Position numbers and translations under genes: made by a program
NCBI RefSeq assembly: GCF_023585745.1
Contig: NZ_CP097762.1
Span: 714,322 to 746,321 of the forward strand
Reading direction: 5' to 3'
DNA length: 32,000 nucleotides
Origin: Candidatus Saccharimonadota bacterium
GTDB taxonomy: Bacteria > Pseudomonadota > Gammaproteobacteria > Enterobacterales > Enterobacteriaceae
Shown: positions 23,238 through 32,000 of the stretch, piece after piece
Layout of the letters: each line of letters begins with the position of its first letter
Numbering within the stretch: position 1 is the first letter of the stretch
The notes under the pieces: generated by a model
Told to the model about the DNA's origin: nothing
Seen by the model: the letters and a program-made list of their open reading frames with translations, nothing else
The model's database searches: none

Positions 23238-25706
<2,469 letters not shown>

Positions 25707-25826
25707 TTAATATAGTATATTTGTTTCTTGTATTTTATTGAAATAAATTTATATGGTGGGGTTGTTTTTATGATTAATAGATATATATAACTATTGTTAT
25801 ATGATATATTAAATGCGGTAGTTATT

Positions 25827-25928
25827 AATTAATAATTCTATTATGTATATAGATTTATTTTAATTTTAGTGTCTAAAATTATTAATTGAAAATTATATTT
25901 TTATGTATTGAATTAATAATTCTATTAT
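25827..25928 (+). repeat. Exact 18 bp direct repeat in the ibpA upstream region
   Basis: aattaataattctattat occurs at 25827-25844 and again at 25911-25928. The second copy directly abuts the ibpA Shine-Dalgarno AGGAG. Confidence 0.6.
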
Positions 25929-25940
25929 AGGAGTGCATAT

Positions 25941-26351
25941 ATGCGTAATTTTGATTTTTCCCCTTTATATGGATCTGTAATTGGATTTGATAGGTTAGTG
26001 AATTTTTTAGAAATTGGACAAAATGATGGTAATTATCCTCCTTACAATGTTGAATTAGTAGATGAACATAAATATACTATTTCTATAGTGGTTTCTGGAT
26101 TCAAAAATAGTGAATTAGATATTACAATGCATGATAATATGTTAGTAGTGAAAGGGACGCATAGTGATTCTCCCCAAGATTCTAAAAATTATTTATATCA
26201 GGGTATTACAGATCATGATTTCGAAAGAAAATTTCAATTAGCTGAGCATATTAAGATAAATGGAGCAAATTTGGAGTGTGGAATTTTATATATACATTTA
26301 GAAAGAATATTGCCTGACACGTTAAAACCGAGACGCATTGAAATTAAATAG
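25941..26351 (+). CDS. ibpA: Small heat-shock protein IbpA (alpha-crystallin family)
   Basis: [88 protein letters not shown] is collinear with E. coli IbpA. Confidence 0.93.
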   Translation: MRNFDFSPLYGSVIGFDRLVNFLEIGQNDGNYPPYNVELVDEHKYTISIVVSGFKNSELDITMHDNMLVVKGTHSDSPQDSKNYLYQGITDHDFERKFQLAEHIKINGANLECGILYIHLERILPDTLKPRRIEIK

Positions 26352-26402
26352 TAACAGTATTTATTGTAGAACGCAATTATGAGTTTTATATATAATTAGA
26401 TA

Positions 26403-26445
26403 TTATGCCCGGACCTCATAATGTTTTATGGATGTTTGGGCATAA
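26403..26445 (+). terminator. Imperfect hairpin between convergent ibpA and the permease gene; likely ibpA terminator
   Basis: ttatgcccggac (26403-26414) pairs with gtttgggcataa (26434-26445). That is 12 pairs, 2 of them G-U wobbles that form only in the plus-strand transcript. An inner cataa/ttatg extension is also possible. Confidence 0.4.
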
Positions 26446-26486
26446 GGTTATGTATTTAGTGATATATTTATTTATATGTCTTGGTA

Positions 26487-27524
26487 TTAAATTATTTTTT
26501 TTGAACGTAATTCAATTTTTAGATAAGCATAAAAAATTGGAGCTGCTATTAATCCTTCTAAGCCAAATATTGATTCTAGTATAAGCATAGATAATATAAG
26601 TTCCCAAGGATTAGCGTTAATTTTATTACCAATGATTTCAGCATTGAGAAAGTATTCTAGTTTGTGAATTAATATTAAATAAATTAACATTATAATCCCA
26701 ATACCTAATGAAATAGATAAAGCAGAAATAGTAATTAGTATGTTTGATATAATATTTCCCACAATCGGTAGTAATCCAAAGAAGAAAGTAATAATGATTA
26801 AAGTTTTTCCTAATGGTAAGGGTTTTTCAAGTAATGGAAATATGATAAAAATCATAAAAGATGTGAGCAATGTATTTACTGAAGAAATTTTTATTTGCGC
26901 AAAAACTATTTTGTGGAATGCTTGTGACATATGATGTATGCGTTCTAATAGTTGGGTGACAAAATATGTATTGTGTGTATGTTTTACTCTAGATGAAGAA
27001 CATGATATTAATATACCGATTATTAGTCCTATTAAAAGCGTAATAAATGCGTGTAAAAAGTTGTGGCCCATATTACGAATAAATATTATATTCGATTCTA
27101 TCCAATTAAATATTTGATGTTTTAATTCTTCTGTAGTATTTGGTAAAAAATTTAGTAAAAAAAAATTATTAGGTAATCTGTTTTTCAAATCAGAAACAAT
27201 TCGATTAATTTCAATAGAAATGTTCATTTGGTTTAAATCTTCTGTGAAGAAATTAGTACAATTTATAATACTAAATGTAATAACAATCATTATACTTGCA
27301 AGAATTAATATTACTGAAATCCAGCGAGCATAGATGATTTTAATAAATCGTTCGAAATGTGAAGAAAGAGATATTATAATTTCATATGTTAAAAATCCAG
27401 AAAAAAAGCATGGAAATAAACCTAATGGTATTACCATAATTATACATATGAACATTATTGCATAAGAAATAATCATTATTGATTTTTTTTGGAAGATCAT
27501 GCTATATTTTGCTCTGTTTGACAA
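26487..27524 (-). CDS. Polytopic inner-membrane protein, AI-2E (PerM/YhhT/TqsA-like, UPF0118) family permease
   Basis: The 345 aa product is very hydrophobic, with about 7-8 predicted TM segments. The C-terminal half, ..FFFGLLPIVGNIISNILITISAL..LIHKLEYFLNAEIIGNKINANPWELILSMLILESIFGLEGLIAAPIFYAY.., resembles conserved AI-2E family blocks (IP.IG..; P..vg......P......l......G..G...a.P) as I recall them. The exact start is uncertain: M1 at 27524, or the internal Met codons at 27500 or 27476. Confidence 0.65.
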   Translation of the reverse strand: MSNRAKYSMIFQKKSIMIISYAIMFICIIMVIPLGLFPCFFSGFLTYEIIISLSSHFERFIKIIYARWISVILILASIMIVITFSIINCTNFFTEDLNQMNISIEINRIVSDLKNRLPNNFFLLNFLPNTTEELKHQIFNWIESNIIFIRNMGHNFLHAFITLLIGLIIGILISCSSSRVKHTHNTYFVTQLLERIHHMSQAFHKIVFAQIKISSVNTLLTSFMIFIIFPLLEKPLPLGKTLIIITFFFGLLPIVGNIISNILITISALSISLGIGIIMLIYLILIHKLEYFLNAEIIGNKINANPWELILSMLILESIFGLEGLIAAPIFYAYLKIELRSKKII

Positions 27525-27849
27525 TTCATGTTGTTATGAAAGTGTTATATATCAAAAATATTGATACTTTATATATGAAAGTTATTGCATGTGTTATGCA
27601 TAATTTATTTTATATGTAAAAAATTTATTAAATAAAAAATTTTTCATTACTATTTGCATAGTAAAATGTTTATACAACAAATATATTCATATAGTATTAT
27701 GATTTTTAAAGTTTTGATTCTTTTACATAAAGTTTATTGTACCTTGCAGGTATAGATTTATATGAAATTAATGCTATTCTATAATAGCTATTATTATAAA
27801 TAATAGTAATTGTTTGGTATATGAAATTTTAGTGCTTTAGATTAATTAA

Positions 27850-28770
27850 ATGTATATTAAAAACAATGTAAATACTTTTCAAAAATTGATAAAGGTATTG
27901 AAAAATTATTGGGAGGATTGTGGTTGCAGCATAGTGCAGCCATTAGATATAGAAGTAGGTGCAGCTACTTCGCACCCTGTTACATTTTTTAATGCTATTG
28001 GACCAGAACCTGTTTTTGTATCTTATGTTCAATTATCTAGACGTCCTATGGATAGTAGATACGGAAAGAATCCCTATAGATTACAGCAATATTATCAATT
28101 TCAAGTCGTGATAAAACCATCTCCTAAGAATATGTTATCTTTATATTTAGATTCTTTAAAAATGTTAGGATTAAGCTGCGAGAAAAATGATATTAGTTTT
28201 GTTGAAGATAATTGGGAAAATCCTACACTTGGAGCCTGGGGTTCTGGATGGGAAGTTCGATTAAATGGGATAGAAATAACACAGTTCACCTATTTTCAAC
28301 AAATGGGTGGATTAGAATGTAATCCTGTAACTGGAGAAATAACATATGGTTTAGAACGTTTAGCGTTATTTTTACAGAATGTTCATAATGTTTACGATTT
28401 AATCTGGAATAATAGTAAAAGAGGACCTCTTTTATATAGAGATTTATTTTTTTTTAATGAAGTGGAACAATCTATATACAATTGTGAGTATACGAATGTA
28501 GAATTTCTATTGACACTTTTTAGTCATTATGAGAAAGAAATAAAATATCTTATAAATATGGAAAAATCTTTAATTAGACCGGCATATGAACGTGTTTTAA
28601 AAGCGATACATATTTTTAATTTGTTAGATGCTAGGAAAGTTATTTCTACTACAGAAAGGCAAAATTATATTTTACGTATTAGAAAATTGTCCCATATGAT
28701 AGCAAAAGTATACTATCTGTCTAGAAAAAAATTAGGTTTTCCCATGCTAAAAACAATTATTAATTCATAA
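27850..28770 (+). CDS. glyQ: Glycine--tRNA ligase alpha subunit
   Basis: [119 protein letters not shown] is close to E. coli GlyQ. Confidence 0.97.
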   Translation: MYIKNNVNTFQKLIKVLKNYWEDCGCSIVQPLDIEVGAATSHPVTFFNAIGPEPVFVSYVQLSRRPMDSRYGKNPYRLQQYYQFQVVIKPSPKNMLSLYLDSLKMLGLSCEKNDISFVEDNWENPTLGAWGSGWEVRLNGIEITQFTYFQQMGGLECNPVTGEITYGLERLALFLQNVHNVYDLIWNNSKRGPLLYRDLFFFNEVEQSIYNCEYTNVEFLLTLFSHYEKEIKYLINMEKSLIRPAYERVLKAIHIFNLLDARKVISTTERQNYILRIRKLSHMIAKVYYLSRKKLGFPMLKTIINS

Positions 28771-28788
28771 TAGAGATAAAATTTTTAA

Positions 28789-30891
28789 ATGAAAGAACAT
28801 GTTTTTTTAGTAGAAATTGGTACTGAGCCATTGCCATATAAGATTTTAAAAAAATTAGGGCAAGATTTTTTTTGCGGTGTTGTTTTAAATTTAAAAAAGA
28901 ATAGACTCTTATATAAGGAAGCGGTTTGGTTTGCATCTTCATGTCGTCTAGCTGTTAAAGCTAAAATAATTTTTAAAAAAAATTTAAATATTAATAATTT
29001 TAATAAAAATCATTTAAATAAAATATTTGCTAATGAATATAGTCAACGTGTTTTTAAAAATCCGAAAATTATATCTGATATTAATATGAAAGATGATACT
29101 ACTAATGTAGTTAATACTAATTTAGAAGAATTTGTTACGAGTCCAGAAGAAGTAGAAGTATTATATAAAAACTTACAGCATTTGTTATATGCAACAGTAA
29201 ATAATGCATTAAAGCAATTGAATAATTATAAAATGATGCGTTGGGGCAGTATAAATACTGCATTTATAAGACCAGTGCGTACTGTCACAATTTTATTAGA
29301 TTCATATATTATTCCAGGATGTTTTTTTGGTATAGACATAGATAGAATACTGTATGGAAATATAAATATGGTGGAACAATATAAAATTGTTTTAGAGCAC
29401 GCTAAGGATTATCCAGATGTTTTAATTAAAAGTGGTTGGGTAATAGCAGATTATTTTAAAAGAAAAGAGATGATAAAAATTGCTATAGAAAAAGAAGTTA
29501 AAAAGTTAGGAGGGATTGTAAGGAGTCAAGATAAAGATAGTATCTTATTGGATGAAGTTACATCATTAGTAGAATGGCCTGTAATTCTTTATGGTAAGTT
29601 TAATAAAAAGTTTCTTGCATTGCCGTCTGAAGTGATATTACATATTATGAGATATGATCAAAAATATTTTCCAGTTTTTAGTATTACCCAAAATGATGTT
29701 TTACTTCCATATTTTATTTTTGTAGCTAATACGGTTAATAATAATTACAAGAATATTGTCACAAGACATGAATATGTAATGGACACGCGTCTGATAGATG
29801 CAAAATTTTTTTGGGAAAATGATAGAAAATATCGTTTGGAAGATTACGTTTCTAAATTAAGTTCAGTGTTATTTCATAGAAAATTAGGTACTTTATGCGA
29901 TAAAAGTCATCGAATAGAATATTTATCTGCTTGGATAGCAGGAGTCATTGGGATTGACGTGCAAAAAGCTAAACGTGCTGGATATTTATGTAAAGGTGAT
30001 CTGATGAGTCACATGGTTTGTGAATTTCCTTCTACACAAGGAATTATTGGCATGCATTACGCTTATAGGGACGGAGAATCATCTGAAATAGTATTAGCAC
30101 AAAAAGAACATTATCAACCAAGGTTTTCTATGGATAGATTACCTACTATTTATACTGCTTGTGTAGTATCTGTTGCAGATAAAATGGATACTATATCTGG
30201 TATATTTGGTATTCAAGAATTACCTAAAGGAAACAGGGACCCATTTGCTTTGAAAAGATTAGCAGTGGGAATATTACGTATTCTTATATACAGGAAATTT
30301 CCATTAAATTTATCTATTTTAATTCAAGAATCAGTAAAGTTATACCAAGAAAAATTAACAAATTTAACGGTTATTGAAGATATTAATAATTTTATGTATA
30401 AAAGGTTGTTTTTTTGGTATTCTACCAAAGGTTATAGAACTGATATTATTAAAGCAGTATTAAAAGTTAATTCTGTTGATTTAATTGATGTGGATAGACG
30501 ATTAGTAGCGGTTTCTACTTTTTTTACTATACAGAAAGAAAAAAGCGTTATATTGAATGTAATGTATAAGCGCATATCTAATATTATATTAGATAAAGAA
30601 ATTCCTTGTGATATGCAGATTCAATATAGTTTGCTTAAACAAGCGGAAGAAATATGTTTAGTGAATCAGCTGGACATGGTAGAAAGAAAAATGCAAGTTT
30701 TATGTTCTCAATATCGTTACTATGATGCATTAGTTGATTCTGTGAAAATTTTTGATGCAGTTAATAAATTTTTTGATAAAGTAATTATCATTAATAAAAA
30801 TAAACATATACAGATGAATCGATTACTTTTATTAAATAAAATTAAAAGTTTGTTTTTGAAAATTATAGATATTTCTTTATTATCTACTTAA
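28789..30891 (+). CDS. glyS: Glycine--tRNA ligase beta subunit
   Basis: FLVEIGTEPLP..MMRWGS....FIRPVRTVTILLD..LVEWPVILYGKF..KFLALPSEV....M..DQKYFPV..FIFVANT..LGTL.DKSHRIE..QGIIGMHYA..DKMDTISGIFGI...PKGNRDPFALKR is collinear with E. coli GlyS. It lies 18 nt downstream of glyQ. Confidence 0.95.
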   Translation: MKEHVFLVEIGTEPLPYKILKKLGQDFFCGVVLNLKKNRLLYKEAVWFASSCRLAVKAKIIFKKNLNINNFNKNHLNKIFANEYSQRVFKNPKIISDINMKDDTTNVVNTNLEEFVTSPEEVEVLYKNLQHLLYATVNNALKQLNNYKMMRWGSINTAFIRPVRTVTILLDSYIIPGCFFGIDIDRILYGNINMVEQYKIVLEHAKDYPDVLIKSGWVIADYFKRKEMIKIAIEKEVKKLGGIVRSQDKDSILLDEVTSLVEWPVILYGKFNKKFLALPSEVILHIMRYDQKYFPVFSITQNDVLLPYFIFVANTVNNNYKNIVTRHEYVMDTRLIDAKFFWENDRKYRLEDYVSKLSSVLFHRKLGTLCDKSHRIEYLSAWIAGVIGIDVQKAKRAGYLCKGDLMSHMVCEFPSTQGIIGMHYAYRDGESSEIVLAQKEHYQPRFSMDRLPTIYTACVVSVADKMDTISGIFGIQELPKGNRDPFALKRLAVGILRILIYRKFPLNLSILIQESVKLYQEKLTNLTVIEDINNFMYKRLFFWYSTKGYRTDIIKAVLKVNSVDLIDVDRRLVAVSTFFTIQKEKSVILNVMYKRISNIILDKEIPCDMQIQYSLLKQAEEICLVNQLDMVERKMQVLCSQYRYYDALVDSVKIFDAVNKFFDKVIIINKNKHIQMNRLLLLNKIKSLFLKIIDISLLST

Positions 30892-30968
30892 TTAGATGTT
30901 GAGAATACAATTAATTATTACAATATATTTATTTATTAATTAACGAGATAAAACTGCTTGTTATTTAA

Positions 30969-31013
30969 AACATGGTTCCAAAACGGTTAGATAATAATTA
31001 ATGGAACCATGTT
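30969..31013. terminator. 12 bp hairpin between convergent glyS and sodA; candidate bidirectional terminator
   Basis: aacatggttcca (30969-30980) is the exact reverse complement of tggaaccatgtt (31002-31013), with a 21 nt loop. It is relatively G/C-containing for this genome, and T-rich sequence follows on both strands. Confidence 0.5.
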
Positions 31014-31020
31014 AATAGTT

Positions 31021-31641
31021 TTATACGTAGCGTTCAAATTGATTTGATACTTCGTTCCAATTAATTACATTCCAAAAAGCTTTAATGTAATCTATACGTC
31101 GATTTTGATATTTTAAGTAATACGCATGTTCCCATACATCAAGACCAAGTATTGGGTACCCATGTGTTCCAGAGATTTCTAATCCCATTAGCGGATTATC
31201 TTGATTTGCAGTGGAAACTATGGACAAAGTGTTTTTTTGTTTTATTAACCATACCCAACCGGAACCAAAGCGACTAATAGCAGTTTTTTCAAAGCAATCT
31301 TTGAAATAAGATATATCTTTGAAGTTAGATTCTATTGCATCTTTTAGTGGACCTTGAAGAATAGTGTTCTTTTTAAGATATTTCCAAAAAAAACTATGAT
31401 TTATATGTCCTCCAATATTATTGCGTAATATAGTTCTTTTATTTTTAGGTAAATCGTTTAATTTTTTTATCAGTTCTATAGCTGTAAAATTAGAAAATTC
31501 AGGCAAATCTGATAATGCTGCGTTAGCATTATCAATATATGTTTGATGATGTTTTGTATAATGAATTTCCATAGTTTTAGCATCAAAAAATGGTTCTAAT
31601 GCATTATATGTATAGTTCAAAGGAGGTAATATAAATTTCAT
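31021..31641 (-). CDS. sodA: Superoxide dismutase [Mn]
   Basis: [100 protein letters not shown] is collinear with E. coli SodA, including the metal ligands H, H, D and H. Confidence 0.95.
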   Translation of the reverse strand: MKFILPPLNYTYNALEPFFDAKTMEIHYTKHHQTYIDNANAALSDLPEFSNFTAIELIKKLNDLPKNKRTILRNNIGGHINHSFFWKYLKKNTILQGPLKDAIESNFKDISYFKDCFEKTAISRFGSGWVWLIKQKNTLSIVSTANQDNPLMGLEISGTHGYPILGLDVWEHAYYLKYQNRRIDYIKAFWNVINWNEVSNQFERYV

Positions 31642-31924
31642 AAAATTTCTCCATAATCACATTAATGATTTTTTATCAAATCAATAAATATAAACTATTA
31701 TAACATCTTATTAGATTAAGAAGCATTTTATTCTAATTAATTTATTGATGTATGCTGATATATATATTATGATCATTTTATTCATTAAAGCACTTAAATT
31801 TATAAAAATAATTTATTGAAAGATTTAATATGTTTCTAATTCATTTAATTATTAATGATATTAATTTTATTAAGTATTCTAAAATATAGAGTTTTATATT
31901 TTTTAAAATTTATACTGTTATTAA

Positions 31925-31998
31925 CGGCGAGTAGCGCAGTTTGGTGGCGCAATACGTTCGGGACGTATAGGTCGGAGGTTCAAATCCTCTCTCGCCGA
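31925..31998 (+). tRNA. tRNA-Pro (anticodon CGG)
   Basis: CGGCGAGTAGCGCAGTTTGGTGGCGCAATACGTTCGGGACGTATAGGTCGGAGGTTCAAATCCTCTCTCGCCGA folds as a cloverleaf: acceptor CGGCGAG/CTCGCCG, D stem GCGC/GCGC, anticodon stem ATACG/CGTAT with loop TTCGGGA, and T stem GGAGG/CCTCT. The window ends 2 nt after the discriminator; those 2 nt are TA, not CC. Confidence 0.9.
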
Positions 31999-32000
31999 TA

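Noticed and set aside
25707-25940. Looked for a sigma-32 promoter (CTTGAAA-N13-15-CCCCATNT) and a ROSE-type thermometer upstream of ibpA
   Set aside because: TTGAAA hexamers occur at about 25739 and about 25886, but neither is followed at the correct spacing by anything like CCCCAT. The first is followed by GGGGTTGT, which is the wrong strand sense. No U(U/C)GCU anti-SD segment is evident. TTGAAA is expected by chance in this composition.

Overview
This is a strongly AT-rich, gene-dense window made almost entirely of conserved gamma-proteobacterial housekeeping genes. It has 27 CDS (one partial at the window edge, two read as one continuous ORF) and 2 tRNAs. I found no mobile elements, CRISPR arrays, defence or toxin loci, or orphan ORFs. 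Every ORF of 60 aa or more is either a recognisable core gene or an antisense shadow of one. The genes in order are: rpoH (partial), ftsY, rsmD, pgi, metA, tRNA-Ile(GAU), mnmG, atpBEFHAGDC, glmU, mnmE, yidC/yidD, rnpA, rpmH, dnaN, gyrB, ibpA, an AI-2E/PerM-like permease, glyQ, glyS, sodA and tRNA-Pro(CGG). The block from mnmG to ibpA is a collinear, heavily deleted copy of the Enterobacterales oriC neighbourhood. Together with the base composition and the many 8-11 nt A/T runs inside intact genes, this points to an obligate insect endosymbiont with a reduced genome. Candidatus Blochmannia or a close relative is my best guess, from memory of its gidA-atp-glmU start and dnaA-less genome. I could not find a previously undescribed multi-gene system. 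The noteworthy signals are absences and small structural oddities. dnaA is missing from the rpmH-dnaN locus. recF, ftsEX, rsmG/atpI and glmS are missing from their conserved positions. yidD runs in frame into yidC with no stop codon. A very AT-rich 560 bp spacer beside mnmG marks a gene-orientation switch and holds one DnaA-box match, so it is a candidate vestigial origin. There is a perfect 19 bp hairpin upstream of gyrB. The tRNA-Pro has a proM-like body but a CGG anticodon. Long AT-rich hairpins sit at convergent gene ends. ORF-track starts were trimmed where alignment to remembered E. coli N-termini plus a Shine-Dalgarno motif supported an internal start.
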